Source: Eledone cirrhosa
Lineage: Eukaryota
Assembly: GCA_964016885.1 (NCBI GenBank)
Contig: OZ024742.1
Span: forward strand, 123,194,001 to 123,258,000
DNA length: 64,000 nt
Reading direction: 5' to 3'
Position numbers and translations under genes: made by a program. Under the pieces are notes generated by a model. It was not told where the DNA came from and made no database searches. It worked only from the letters and a program-made list of their open reading frames with translations. Positions 27,364-41,592 of this stretch are shown piece after piece (positions within the stretch are counted from its first letter, which is position 1; every line of letters starts with the position of its first letter).

Positions 27364-28784
27364 CGTATATTGTATTATCTTTGTGCGTGGTGTGAGCATG
27401 TGCTGCTGTGTGTGACCTTGTTGGTAGGCTGTAGTTCTCACGTTCATAAGATCGTGTCTTCAATTCTCGGACCAGATGTTGCTTTGTGTTCTTTAGCAAA
27501 AGGCATCATTTCACGTTACTTTTCATGATAGGAATAGGGTCCCTATCATTAAAACAACCGAGTAAACTACTACGAGATACCACATTGCCTGAGGTGAGCT
27601 AAACCTCCATACATATGTTTTTCAAATATATATTTGTGTGTCTTTGTGTGCATATACAGAAATACGTATATAGTGAATATATATATTAACATATGTATTC
27701 ATATATATATATATGTGCGTGTGTGTATGTGTGTGTGTGCATATGTGTGTATTTCTGCGTGTATGTTTGTGTGGTAGGGAATCAACTTCTGTGCCTGATT
27801 CGTACATTATTAATCGATTCCGTATGGATGAAAATCACAGTTGGCCTCATCAGAATTTGAACTTAAAACTGCCAGCCATTCTGACATTCTGAATATTTTG
27901 CCAATTCGTCACCTTGTTGTACTAAATCAAACTAAATTCCAAACGACAGGTAATTATATCTCACTTAACATGTCGTTTATTTTCAACAGCTAACCAACTT
28001 GGCAAATGAGATATAATAAGTCTGAAAGGCAAAAGGTGCTACTTTGGGGATGATACACCGAAATAAATCACTTGATTTTGGAAATCTCTATAATTAACTT
28101 GATGATATTCTATAGAGTAAGATTGTTTTGGTAGTTATTTCTCATTTATTTTATTTTGAATGAAATCAGCTCTCCTATTACGCATAGAAATAAAACTCTG
28201 TTCTAAATATAGAGAAATCTGAGGTTATTGTTTTACTGCTAATACATGTTAGTGAAATCTTAGAAAAACCCTTTCCAATATTTATATTTATCCATGTCTG
28301 TCTATAGTCGTAGTTCAGATGTTGATAAAATGACATTTATTGTATTTTATTTCTTTATGATTCTGTCTTTTATATTTTCATTTTTTTCAATTGATTATAT
28401 GTTACCTAAGAAAGCGTTATATTCGTTCTCTCATAATTTTACTAGTTTCATAGTGAAGTGGATTTGGCGTCGTACAAATACATTCTGCTGTTTGTTACGG
28501 CTCTTTGTCTAAATTAGAAATCAATGGCTACGATAGAAAATTGACGCATGCGTATTTTAGACACGTAGACCAGTTAACTAAAAACACATTGATCATTTGT
28601 TTTTGTTTAAAACCGCATCTGTTTTATATATGAAAAGATGGTATTAGCCCTGAAATATGTTGAAATATATTGGGTAAACCATCACTTTACTTTGTTTTAT
28701 TTGTCAGTCTTCGACTATTATATGGTTCTGCTGTATTGTACCGGCTTTTTGAAAATTATTAGTCATATATTACAATAATTCCAT

Positions 28785-29195
28785 GGCCGTGAAATAGGAG
28801 CACAAAATGATTTGCGGCGTATAGTTACGTCCCTTTACATTCTAAGTTCAGGCCGAGATTAGCTTTGCCTTTCTATATTAAGGGGTCAAGAGAATAAAGT
28901 ACCAATAACATATTGTGGTCAATTTAATCGACCCCAACCTCCGAAAAATGTTGTTCCCTTTGTACCTAAATCAGAAACCATTAAGAGATTTCAAGGCGTT
29001 TAATTGGCAGAATCGGTAGCGCGTCGGATAAAAAATGGTTTGCAATATTTCGTTACTAGTCTATGTTCTGAGTTTAAATCCCGCCAAGCCAACTTTGTCT
29101 GTCATCCTCCTCGGATCAATGAAATAAAGTACCACCTAAATACTGGCATCAATATTCTTGACTTTCACCTCATCATAATTTACTAGCCTTTTACA
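28785..29195 (+). mobile_element. Two SINE family 1 copies
   Basis: Family blocks, including ttggcagaatcggtagcgcgtcggat and ctgagtttaaatcccgcc. Confidence 0.7.
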
Positions 29196-31291
29196 AATAG
29201 AAGAAAATATTATTTTACTAGATTTTACCAGGAGTTGCGACCGGTAGATAGTATCAGCAATGAAATAACCAATGAAAACGTTCTTTCCTTAGTATGATTT
29301 GACAAGTTCCAATCCACTGGGTATGTCTGAAATCTTGTCGATCGAACTATATACCCTATGCCATTGAATAGGGATCGTTCTGGGTAAACACATTCAGAAA
29401 TGTTTAGTCGGTGATATATATAACCCAGCCGTAAAATATTACTGGTATTTATTCATCATCGTCAAGGGGAAGCAGGGAACAAGGCGAAGTTGACCGAAGC
29501 CAATAAACAAATTAAAATAAAGCGTATGTATGGTTGTGGTGTTTAAAATGCAATTAATACTTAATTCCTGAATTGTTTTCAGTTATTAAATGACAAACAT
29601 GCTGGGGCACAAGGTTCAAAACATTTAATTGGTCCTATCGGCCCCAGTATTTCTATTTTTCGAATCTAGCCACGCGCTTATTTTATATATATATATATAT
29701 GGAGGGAGGTGCGCGCGCGCGTGTATGTGTGTGTGTGCAAAAGGTAAAGAGAAATACCAAAGTTCGCAACAAAATACAATGAAGAATTATATATGTTTTA
29801 CGTTTCGTATAGTAGAAAAATATCCGTAACCTTTTGGACACTAGTCCTCCATCTGAAGCTAGAAGGAAAAATAAAGGATGAAATAGGAATATAAGGATTG
29901 AGACGCGGATGAAAAGGAAAAAATAGAAAAATACACGCTTGTATTTAGTCTGACACATTTCCAAAGTCAACCTCATCAACCTTAACATGGAGAAGAGACT
30001 CGCTCAAGGTGTTTACACGCAAGGTAATTGAATCTGAATCTACGAGGTTACGATGGGAAATGCTTAGCTATTTAGCCATACCTGTGCCTATGATTAGACA
30101 TGACTTTCTCATGTTTAATTGTTTCCCGTCCAATGCACTATCATCGCAGATTAAGGTAATTGCCAAACATGGTACAACTCAGAAATGTTACCAATGTTTA
30201 AAAAGAAATACCACAAGTTGCTTCAGATTTCCTCATTTTAGCTCAATTCGCTGAACGGCTTTGGACAATAGATTAGTAATTGCTTCCTCAAAATATCTCC
30301 ATATCATTTCAAATCACATATTCATTCTCATTATCCCCCTCTCTCTCACCCCCCCCCCCCCCACACACACGCGTACTCTCTCTCAGCATTATTTATAAGA
30401 TTTCACTCCTAGTAACGTTACTTAAATTCCCTTCTCTCTCTCTCTCACTATATATATATATGTGTGAGTGTGTGTGTGTATGTATGTGTGTGTGTGTGTG
30501 TGTGTGTGAACATAGCAAGTGGCATGCAGAATATAAAGAAAAACAATGATTAATGCAAAAAGTGCATGCTTGCATCAGTTGACAATAGCAATCTCCTGCA
30601 TATAAAGAGTCCGTTTCCAAAACTAGTAATCTGGAATTTCTCCGTTTTACGTCTCGAATTACATTACAAAAAATATTAACGTCACGTCTTCTATTATCAC
30701 TGATCTTCACATAGAGAAGATATATCAATTTATAAAATAAGGATACGGCAGTCATCAACAGTAAAATACCAGTTATACTCGATTTTTAACAAATGAAACA
30801 ATGTAATGAATCCTCCATTAGATGTAATGAATTCTTCATACTGTTAACGTGTTTCCCAAACAGAATCATCGTGACGACATTTGAGAAGGCTTGATATTCG
30901 AATTACATGCACAAGCCAAAAGACTAACCTCAACACATTTTCAGTTTAACCAATTTCTTTTACAAAGCATAGGTCGACTCAAGACTACGGTAAAGTTATT
31001 TAACCGTGAGGCATGTAGTGAGATCAAAGCTAGGAACTCATAATTGTGAAGCCAACTCTACAATCGCACTTGTTCAATATGAGATTTGTATAAAGGGTTG
31101 TAGAATTTAGTCAGTTATCTCATTATTGTGGGTTAACTAGTTTCAACGGACTGGATCCCATTGCACAGCGCATTAAGCAACTACCCGCTATCATAATCTC
31201 TTATCATAGAGTTGAGTGAGAGCCCCTCGAGTTAACTGTTCATGTCGTTTGTTGGCATATTTAAAATATAGAACGTTTTAAATCTGACTAC

Positions 31292-31578
31292 GGAGGCCCA
31301 TGGACTTGTAGTAAGGATGTTGGACTTACGCTCATAATGTCGTGGGCTTGATTTCTGGATTGGGTTGTGTGATGCGTTATGGAGCAAACCACTTCATTTC
31401 GCTTTACTCCAGTATACTCAGCTAAAAATGAGTACAAGCAATTGTGGGGTATTTAAATCTGCAATGGACTGGCGTCCTGTCTAATTAGAAATCTTTTACT
31501 CTCAGCCGATTAACGCCATGGAAGCTGAGATAAGCACAGGTCTGATGAGACTCCGAGCACGAGACATACTTTACTTTT
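31292..31578 (+). mobile_element. SINE family 2, near full length
   Basis: tRNA-like head, cacttcatttc..ctccagtatactcagctaaaaatga, atggactggcgtcctgtc and a tttac tail. Matches 38216-38495. Confidence 0.75.
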
Positions 31579-31933
31579 TTGACATCTAATGGCAAGAGGC
31601 TTTTGGGTAATTTTACCGGTGTCTATTCTGCTCTAAATCATTTTGAATTACTTAGACCAACTTTCCAGACAAGCAATTGCCATTTTCCTTTGCTTCTACA
31701 CATCTTAGGAACCATGGAAATGTATTTGTAATGAGAATAGAAAACGAAGATAAAATCATAACCTTGGATGACATTTATCATAGGTCGTTACAATAGTTAG
31801 AACAAATGTCAGTTTCCGGTAACCATATTTTAATTGTTGTTCCTAATTCTATGTTCCTTAATTTGAGGAAAATGACTGGATCTCACATTAATAATCTTAT
31901 TACTGATACACACACATACACACAAACACACAA

Positions 31934-31965
<32 letters not shown>

Positions 31966-31970
31966 ACACA

Positions 31971-32036
<66 letters not shown>

Positions 32037-32095
32037 GAAACACACAGATACATGCGGACACACACATATATACATGAATGCATCCGCACCCAACT

Positions 32096-32676
32096 GTGAG
32101 TTAAGGGTGCCGACTTCACCGATGTTGCTCAATGAATGACTGGGACAGACCAATTCAGTTTGAACCAGACTGAACCAGTATCAGAGTTAAAAATACATTA
32201 TGAAGAGAGAAGAAACATTTAGATATAATTAGTAATAAAATGTATCATACCTAAACTGCTCCTAAATTCCTCGACTACGTAGTTTCGTGGCATAAACAAA
32301 AACAATATATCAAAGATATAGAGTCCTTGCGAGGTCTGCCAACTTATCAAGAGGATACCTCATTTTACTAGTCTCAAGAACGCGTCTACACGACGTGAGA
32401 AAGAATCCCAAAAGGCGGAGGGGGAGATAGTCACGCGATATAACGGTCGAGAAACAGAGCTAAGCCTCTTATAACCACGAAGAAAATACCACGGAGGCGG
32501 AGGGGGTATTCATATCGAGGCCGTAGATAAGTTGGCAGACCTCGCAAGGACTCTATATCTTTGATATATTGTTTTTGTTTATGCCACGAAACTACGTAGT
32601 CGAGGAATTTTAGGAGCAGTTTAGGTATGATACATTTTATTACTAATTATATCTAAATGTTTCTTCTCTCTTCATA

Positions 32677-32682
<6 letters not shown>
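32096..32682 (-). mobile_element. Fold-back PLE-like element (156-bp arms 32193-32348/32526-32682, 177-bp spacer, probable left tail)
   Basis: Near-perfect inverted repeat with one indel, ending at (TA)n. Contains a hammerhead fold. The left boundary of the tail is approximate. Confidence 0.75.
32268..32355 (-). ncRNA. Type I hammerhead-like fold with variant core
   Basis: TCCTC-TTGATAA-GtTGGCA...TGCCAC-GAAA-CTACGTAG-TC-GAGGA. Stems I, II and III and a GUC triplet are intact. Core has two changes from CUGAUGA. Confidence 0.55.
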
Positions 32683-32713
<31 letters not shown>

Positions 32714-32716
<3 letters not shown>

Positions 32717-33156
32717 AAATAACAGGAGTCTGGACTGGTGTAATTCCTTAAAAGGTTTATTATACAACGATCATTTCAATGACCGGGTTCAGTATGAATC
32801 CGGTGATATAATTAGGTATTTGAAATATAACAAAGGAATATAATAGACAAAATCCACGGTGTTGGAAATCAAAGACAAGAGGGCGACCGAACATTTTGTC
32901 TATTATATTCCGTTGTTATATTCCGAATACCTGATGATGTCACCGGATTCATACTGAACCCGGTTATTGAAACTATCATAGTATAATAAACCTTTTAAGG
33001 AATTACACCATTCCAGCCTCCTGTTATTTTATAATAATTAACTCCGTACTCGCACCACCAACTACAAAAACGAAGACGGGTGAGTGCTCTCCATAATATT
33101 ACATCGATATTATACGGATTGACCAGTTCTATCCATTGGTGAACCAACATACCTAA

Positions 33157-33157
<1 letters not shown>
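32714..33157 (+). mobile_element. Fold-back PLE-like element (140-bp diverged arms 32714-32853/32893-33032, about 125-bp tail), flanked by (TA)n on both sides
   Basis: Inverted repeat read directly. Hammerhead motif followed by AATAAA. Confidence 0.8.
32927..32984 (+). ncRNA. Minimal type I hammerhead ribozyme (decayed)
   Basis: ATAC-CTGATGA-[stem II with CCGG arms]-GAAA-ctatca-TA-GTAT. Combining both arms restores the palindromic stem III ACGATCGT. Confidence 0.6.
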
Positions 33158-33187
<30 letters not shown>

Positions 33188-34924
33188 GAGTGAGAGTGAG
33201 ATTTAGACCAAGAGAATGAGAGACAGCGAGAGACTGAGAGAAAAGAAAGAAAGTATGCAATATTTGGTTTATCTTGTGAGTGAAATGCTAGTTTTAATCT
33301 TTAGAACACGTGTACAGTAATATGCATGAAGCATCCCAAGTGTATCATCATTCAATATTTGTACATTTGCTGTCTATAAAGAGCTCAAAACAATTCAAGG
33401 GAGAATTATTTCTTGCTCTATAAAAACAATCTTGCTTCAGTGTTGCAATGCATTTTTAACTATGCGCAGACTTTATAACGTACTATATATGGTTAAACCT
33501 GGCATTTTATCATATTAATTTAAATCTGCATCCTTTTGAGGTTTGTAGACAGAATATATTATTGTAGATAGTATATTACATTTCAATGATTTATGATACT
33601 ACATTTCAGCACTTTTACGTTAATTAACCTCCTAGGGCGAAGACAGATAAATTATGGTGTCAGAATGAATATTTCATACGTATTTGATCAATAATATATC
33701 TATGATTTCAAGACAAAGTGTTTACAGAAATACTAGATGTCTGGGGTAAATGCATGGCACCGTTTATATTCCAGTAAATTCTCAGTTTAAATATCATCAG
33801 TGTTGAACGTCATTTGTTGATAGATTATTATACCAGTAATATACAGCGGTCAATACAATCGGTTGTAACTCTTCCGCCTTTAGAACTGTTGTCTGACGAT
33901 TTTTTTCAAAATAACAATTCAATGAGGAAGTGTAATTTAGCCGTTGTTGTTTATCTACACATCAATACTGACTGAGCAAACTTATCGTCAACGTCCTTCA
34001 GCCATTGGTGTGCTTTGGTCACGTAACTCAGGGTGGAGTTGTAGGGGCGTTTCCTGGGCATTTTAGCCTGTCGGAATCTATTTTTCTCCAGGTCTGAACA
34101 CAGCAGATTTCTTCCAGAGAAGGATAGAAAGTGAGAGGGGATAAATTGCGAAAGAGATATATAGGAAGAATTAACCACGGTACTAAACTGGTATATTTCT
34201 ATCGAGCCATTAACTTATGTTAAACCATTATGATGATTAAGAGTTAATTGTTATTTCCTGAAGATTTAGTGAACAAGCAAAACTATCCTCGTTGGCCTAT
34301 ATTCTTTATTTGTGCAAATATCATGTGATTCAAAACTGTAAACGTCCACAGTTATTTTCAGTTTTGTATTAGACTGGAAATTTAATACAATGTTTCTTTC
34401 TACTCTTTCCTACTCTAATTTTAGGTGAGTGGAATGACAGCAGTTTAGCTCTTCCTGTGTAGTGTCTGCGAAAGAACTATCAACAACACCCTTTTCGTCG
34501 TGACATTGACACCTCGTTTACTCGCTTATTCTTTCTTGGGTGTGAAAAACATTCATTTGAAAACACTAACTTCAACTTTGTACAACATTCTGCAGCAGAA
34601 ATTTTTTTTTTTTTTCTACGTCAATTATTTGCTGTCATCAATAACAACATTCCGAGCGTGTAATAAATCCTGATCTTGTGTAAAATTCACCTTACATTAC
34701 TTTGCCTTTTACACATAATTCTTAATATAACTAACTCATGATGACTGAAAATGTAGCATCTCACAAAATGTAATGTAATTAATAAATATTAGCTTAGTGG
34801 ATTATGTTACATACATCTTTTGGTAAATGTTACTGTTAATAATTAATTGTTACAGTCCGGAATGATGACTCAAAGGAGTGATCCCCGCTACAATTCAACA
34901 TTGGTTCAGAACCTAGATACATTG

Positions 34925-35135
34925 ATTTCTAATTTAGGCAAATCGTCAGCAAATTTTTTAGAAGGGAAAAGTTGATTAATTCAATCCCAGTATTTGATTG
35001 GTATTTTATTTTATCGAGCCCGAACGGATGAAAAGAAAAGTTGATCTCGGTGGGATTTGAACTCAAAATGTTAAAACTTAGAATAAAGAACACAATAATA
35101 TTTTATTCGACGCTCTACTAATTCTGCTAATTCAC
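34925..35135 (-). mobile_element. SINE family 1
   Basis: Family blocks, including ctcggtgggatttgaactca. Confidence 0.7.
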
Positions 35136-35774
35136 TAAACTATCAACCTAAATAAATTGAGAACTTCCAGTGACATATCATCAGGTTATAAAATATTTCA
35201 CTTAATACAATTAAAATACAACATTTAAGTGAAGTTGCTATCATTTTATGAGCAATATAAATTCAGGAGATGATTATTTTTATGAAGAAAGTCATCTAAA
35301 TGGAAATAAGATTCATTTTCATTTAGAATGAGTTTCCAATATTCGATTTGAGGTTTTCAAATTTAATTTGAAAATTTCAATCTTATTTCACTTTTTGTAT
35401 ATGTATATGAAATAGTTGACAGTTTCAACTTGTTCTAATGCATCTTCATATCCCTTAGACTGTGACATGCAAAAACGAAAACCAAATACTTCATTATGAA
35501 TTACTATGCGTTTCAAGCTGCTAATAAAGTAAATTATGTGTTTTCAAATTATCGATGCTAGTCAAATATGTTCGACCACCATTATAGTATTTGTATTTGT
35601 TTCAATAATTACTATTTAAGATGAATGTTAAGTTAAACTAAGACGGGGTGAAATTTATACGCAGACTATACTATTGCATTTCATTCTATATATTAGGGCT
35701 CATTCATAAAATGCTATATTGCGCGCAAACGTCGTACAGTCGTGGATAGTCTGTACTTCGAAATAAGATATAGC

Positions 35775-35988
35775 TGTTACTGATTTAGTCACGAGGTGAA
35801 TAATTTTGGGAGAGGGGAAAGTCGATTAAATCGACCCATTGAGTTACTGGTTCTTCAATTTATCGACACTTAAGGATGAAAGGCAAAGCTAACATCGGTT
35901 GGATTTGGAATCAGAACGGAAAGTGCCGTAACTCTATGCTGCGGATCATAGTGTCCGAAGCTCTAGTGATACTGCCAATAAAGCGCCT
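35775..35988 (-). mobile_element. SINE family 1 with probable TSD
   Basis: Family blocks. Flanking aaataagRtata at 35761 and 35992. Confidence 0.7.
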
Positions 35989-37596
35989 TAAAATAAGGTA
36001 TAATAAGAGCAAAATACGCCCAGAGTTGTTACCGCTATCTAAATAGCCGAACAATACCTCACTGGTCCCATATTTAAGTTCAACTGAAAATAGTTATTTA
36101 TATATATATATATATTTTAAGGGATTAATTAATATGCTTAAAACAACGTAGGCAAACGATCACATTAATCTAATCCGTTTTAGCAATAGTTAAGTGATAT
36201 GAATATAAATAAAGTTGAAATGTTCCGAAAATGAAAGAATCCTCGAACCGGGAATCCAATAAGGAGTTCATTGCACTAGGATGTTAAAACTACATTATAT
36301 TTATAATATCAACTTCGTAAATTCTGAATCCAATATTAAGAATGCTTCATTCCTAATTATCGAAATGTATTACTAATTAAGTTAATGCTATTTTATTTAA
36401 GAAAAGAAATTTTAAATGGTTGCAATCCAAGCCAATCTAGGGTCTTCTCATTCCTGTTGGAGGAACCCTTCTCTCGTTGACCTCCGCCGCTTTCTGTTTG
36501 GTTTTGGTCATACCAGGGGTGTAGCTATATTCACCGCATTTAGCCAATTGAGGGTTAGTGAGGCTATTTAAACCAGAATTCCAGTGGATGACCGTTGAAT
36601 CTGAGGTGTTCATCCACCCTTTTTACAGCACTAGTTTTTGTGCTGCTGAAGTTCCATTTAGCCCCCTCTGTAGACCAGTGGTTTACTCGCCAGCCACTTG
36701 AGCATGAAGCAGGTTGTATTGAGTTACATAGTACGAGTAACAGGCCGAAGCAGTGAAGAAAAGAAAATCAATGACCAATATTTCATTATTACCACAAGTA
36801 CGGGAGATGATGTTGCACAGTTTGGTGTCAACGCCTTACTTATCACAACGTAACCTCATCACTAAAACAGACATCAGTGTATGTGCAATATTAGTGAGGG
36901 AATTAAACTATGTAATGGTTGAAGAGTAAACTTCTTTTTTTTTTTTAGTAAGCCTATTTCGATCCCAGAAACTCATTAGGCAGGGCTTAATTAGTTTCAT
37001 AAGACGTTAGCAGTCTAAGAGTAGAACACCAGTCTATGGCATGTGGTCCTTTTGACCTGAGTCAGATGAAAGACCTTAAATTACGTTTCGTGCCAAAGAA
37101 GAGAACATCCCACTTGATGCAAAAATTGGCTTCATGATCTTATGATAGTGGGCATTGCACTTGAACCACTAGACCACTACTTTTCCCTATGATTACATAC
37201 TCAGTATGGCTGGCTGCCGAATATCTACTAAAATAGATATATATATAAACTGTTATTAGCTTAACTACACGAATTATTCATATGATCCTTAAATTGCTTT
37301 TGTCATCGCGACAGAAATCAAGCTGGGCATCGCTTTCATATGTTTCTAATAATATAAAACTATCTACATTTTTTAGAAAGCAATAACGCATTTTATATCC
37401 CCAGTTAATATCAATAAATATGTTGTTCCGAAGTTTGATGTCAGGTTATCTTCTATTTCATATTTATTTCATGGGGTCATGAATGGAGTTATGAATTAAT
37501 TACACATTTCATCGTCTTTAATCAACCGTTTATATACTATATTTTGACCTTATATTAACCAAACCGTTCAAGTGTTCAGAATAATACCCCAGCCCC

Positions 37597-37597
<1 letters not shown>

Positions 37598-37686
<89 letters not shown>

Positions 37687-37729
37687 GTGTGTGTGTCTGT
37701 GTTTGTGATTGTGTGTGTTTGTATGTATG

Positions 37730-37767
<38 letters not shown>

Positions 37768-37900
37768 CACATATATACATACAAACGCACACAGACACAC
37801 ACATATGCATACATGCTCACACACACACACACATACACACACAAACACACACACACACACATACATATATGTATATATATATTTATGTGTGTGTGAGTGT
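37598..37900. repeat. Compound TA/TG/CA microsatellite
   Basis: Direct reading. Confidence 0.95.
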
Positions 37901-38215
37901 ATGCGCGTGCAGGCGCGATTATGTATGTGTGTATACGTGTAGTTATTTCAAAGGTGCACATAATTATATTAATGTTAAGATTATATACATTTTCTATTAA
38001 TATAATTAGACGACATTGTCATTTTTCGTTGTTCTACGCCTTCCACACTGACTGACATATGTTGGCGCTGCTAGATTGTAGTTTTAGGTGTGTAGAAGGG
38101 AGGGCTAAAACAAGCTAAACATCTAAAGAAATTTACTATATATCTGAAAGTGTGTTGTTGGTCAGGTCTTGCATACTCTGATCTGGGTGTCTTGACTTTA
38201 TTTCCTCCTTATACT

Positions 38216-38495
38216 AGACGCGTGACCTAGTGGCAAGGGTGTATGACTTACGATCATAACACCATGGGTTCGAATCCTGATCTGTTTTATGTGTTGTGTT
38301 GTTCAACAAACCACTTCATTTCACGAAGTTCCAGTATACTCAGCTAAAAATGAATACCAGCAATATCTGCTCGATGAACTGGCGTCTTGTCCACTGGGAA
38401 GGCTTATAGTCTCAGTCGCTTTACGCCAAGGAAACTGAGGTATGCACCGGCCAGAAAATTCTTCAGGCTTGGGACAGATTTTAGACTTAGACTTT
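38216..38495 (+). mobile_element. SINE family 2
   Basis: gtgacctagtggcaaggg A-box-like head and GGTTCGAATCC B-box. Body shared with 31292-31578. Confidence 0.8.
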
Positions 38496-39329
38496 AGATA
38501 TTCTCATCCTTCACAACCTCCTCAGTATACTCCTCCCCATCCACCTCTCCTCCTCCACTCTCACTCTGCATCATTTTCCCTTTCCCTTTTCCCTCTCTCG
38601 GTTTGATCCCCTCTTTTTCTCTCTCCTTTAATGCATTTGTCAAAAATAAAAGGCAATAAGAACAAAACTGAGGGAAATTCATCTTAAACCAGGATTTCCC
38701 TCCTTTTATCTCAGGTAATAATCGCCCGGAAGAAATAGTCTATCGCGTTTTATCTATCTGCTTTCTCTATTAACCTAATATTTGGGAAGGGTAGGATGCG
38801 CCATTCATTATGCATTTATAGTATGTAGTCTCATTTGCCTCAACACAGAAATAGATATTCACAAAGTTCGATGATTCAGGTGTTTCACCAATTAAACTAA
38901 TTGCTCGTTGATTTAGAGCATAAATGTTTCATAATTTCAGAAGCGTATAAATGTTTAACGTAATCTTCGAACAGAATCAGCATAACACATTGTCGGATAA
39001 GGGTGGATCTTTTAATTAGATATATAATTTATTCACAGAGTTTCCACAGTTTTCGTCTACCCAAAACCAACCACAAGTCTCTGTTTGTCCTCGAGCTATT
39101 ATATTAATATATTAGCATGTAAATATGAAATTTGTAATCTTACTGATATTTGATATTGTTAATTGTAATATACCTGTATCGCCCTTTGCCTTTCACGTGG
39201 ACAGCATCGGTAGCATAGAGAGTCGAGACTGGCATACATGACTGACTGCTAGTCGTCTACTGAAACATCTTTTCCGGGCTTGTGCAAATCCCATGGTCAT
39301 TTCCGAGAAATACTCCTTGCATGATTACC

Positions 39330-39720
39330 AAAAACTCCCACCCAGGGAAATTGCAAAGTGATACCGCAATGAATCCATGGATGAAAATCTGCATGCTTAT
39401 CAGCAAAACGTCATGCATGGCTATGTTGCAGGAAAACCTCGAAGTTATAGGAATATAGATAAGTAAATCAGTCCTACAACCGGTATATTAGCTCTCACTT
39501 TGATGGATATGTTTATGCAATCCAACAACAGGAAATGACAATGAAGTACCTAATGTAGAAAATAGATGAAAATGCAGGCAAAACATCAAAATGTGATAAC
39601 AGATGCAGAATAAACATCGAAGCTGTCACCAACATCATAAGCAGCTGTCCAAAAGATATATTCACGATACTATTTACCTATAAAACATGATTTAGTGGTC
39701 ATATTTGTACACAATATACA
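39330..39720 (+). pseudogene. Old R4/Dong-like LINE remnant (region before and including the CCHC knuckle)
   Basis: Manual translation fragments ISSHFDGYVYAIQQQEMTMKYL, CDNRCR..IEAVTNIISSCPK and RYYLPIKHDLVV. Confidence 0.55.
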
Positions 39721-40128
39721 ACATTACTAACTACAATAAAATGCTAACATATCAGAGAAGACATAGTGATATGGGAGAGAGAAAAGAAGGCACGAACAGT
39801 AAACGTTAGCGAAAAATAGAATATTTATGCTGAACAAGTGAGCAATTTGCAAATTCCCCATCCAGACTATACCTTTAGATTTGTATCTGTCAGCATTGGG
39901 GCTCATGGATACCTTACTAATTGCCTCAGTACAAATATTGACAAGCTGTGCTTCACAGAACCGGAAGGAGCACTTTATGGCATTTGTTCTGTACCCACAC
40001 GCACACACAAACGCATACAGACATACATAAGTATTTAGCTAGTTATTGTTGTATAAACTCCAATGCAAGAGTTTGTTTCTATATTACAAACCAGCTTTCT
40101 TGCTATTGGTGAAACTTTATAAAATAAT

Positions 40129-40311
40129 TGTTTCTTCTTTAGGCACAAGGCCAGCAATTTGAAGGGGTGGGGCAAGTCGATTAAATAGACCCCAGTGCTT
40201 ACTGGTGCTTTATTTTTTCGAACCCGTAAGGATGAAAGGTAAAGTTAACCTCGGCGAGATTTTAACTCAGGGTGTCCAATGTTCTATCGAATCTGCCAAT
40301 CCACCGCCCTC
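40129..40311 (-). mobile_element. SINE family 1 with perfect 16-bp TSD
   Basis: AACTTTATAAAATAAT at both 40113-40128 and 40312-40327. Confidence 0.85.
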
Positions 40312-40384
40312 AACTTTATAAAATAATAAAACCAGAACATACATACATACTTATATACATCTGTACATACATACTTATATACAT

Positions 40385-40560
40385 GGTGGTCGCTGCCAAC
40401 TCGTTTTCGAGTACGGTCACTACTTTATATCCATGTAGGAGAACCTCTACCGATGCGCTGAACGAGAGTGACTTTTTAGTCCAGCCAGTGACTTGAAAAC
40501 TCTGGTACAAACACTACACTTGTGACAGTTATTGACACATAGTGTTGGGCCCATGTGACG
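40385..40560 (-). pseudogene. RTE-clade LINE 3' end remnant
   Basis: ORF 40447..40710 ends HKCSVCTRVFKSLAGLKSHSRSAHR, a C2H2-like C-terminus typical of RTE/BovB-type ORFs. Followed by a short UTR and simple-repeat tail. Confidence 0.5.
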
Positions 40561-41199
40561 ATAAGTGCAGAGAGATCTCCAGATATAAAGCAATGCCTGT
40601 GCCGTGAAGCTTTTATAGTGAGCAAAGGCAGTGCACAAAGCCTGTCCCACTCTCTTGACCAAGATGATATTTACCAAAAAGAAGAACAAGTCAACATCAT
40701 TGGATACCATCAGAGTTGCAGGTGTTATATCAGAGTTTTCCTTTTCCTAGAATTATGCCTTGACAAAGGCTAAGGGGTCATCTCTCCCGGTGATTTTTTG
40801 ATGGCCATAGACTCTTAAGAGCTCCTTTGCCCTTTGACAGGTTTTGTTTTTAGTCCTGCAGGATGTCCAAAGTCACCCTCCTCACCAAGAAACCTTGGCG
40901 AGGTTGCCAGTTTAGTCGCCAACGACCCGACCATGAGACTTATATACATACATAGAAACATACATACATACATTAATTCACCATCCTGGCTACGCCTTTA
41001 GGTGTGTACCTGCAATAATTGGGACACATTGATATGTTACTGTCTCAACACAAACCGTCAAACATTGGGCTTCAAAGACGCAGAAAGAGAATGGCTAATT
41101 AGGAAATCGCAAGTAAACTCCACTAATGGAAATTTGAAAATTTGTAGAACATTACTGAAAATCAACATATATTCACACGTGTACATGTAGAAACACACA

Positions 41200-41500
41200 T
41201 ACATATGCAGAGAAACAGACATACAATCATATACATCTATACATTACATACATACAGAGAGACAGACATACATTCATACATAAATACATTCATTCATACA
41301 TACATAGATACTTAAACACAAGAACATAAATACATGCATACATGCATACGTGAATGCATACATACATACATGTATACATACACACATATGTACATACACA
41401 CAAACATACATACTTACATACATTCATAAATACATACATACATATATATCTACATACATACATAAATACGCACACACACAGACACACATACACCCCCCCC

Positions 41501-41589
<89 letters not shown>
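41200..41589. repeat. (TACA)n and (TA)n microsatellite
   Basis: Direct reading. Confidence 0.9.

Positions 41590-41592
<3 letters not shown>

Noticed and set aside
31540-31570. CTGATGAG..GAGAC in the SINE family 2 tail as a hammerhead
   Set aside because: GAAA is missing, stems are not evident, and the motif is not conserved in the other copies.
33951-34178. 75-aa ORF with natural-looking composition, a possible host exon
   Set aside because: No recognisable domain or partner exons. Cannot be supported without RNA-seq or homology.
36950-36985. Minus-strand CTAATGA..GAAA hammerhead-like motif
   Set aside because: Core mismatch, no convincing stems I or III, and no fold-back or TA context.
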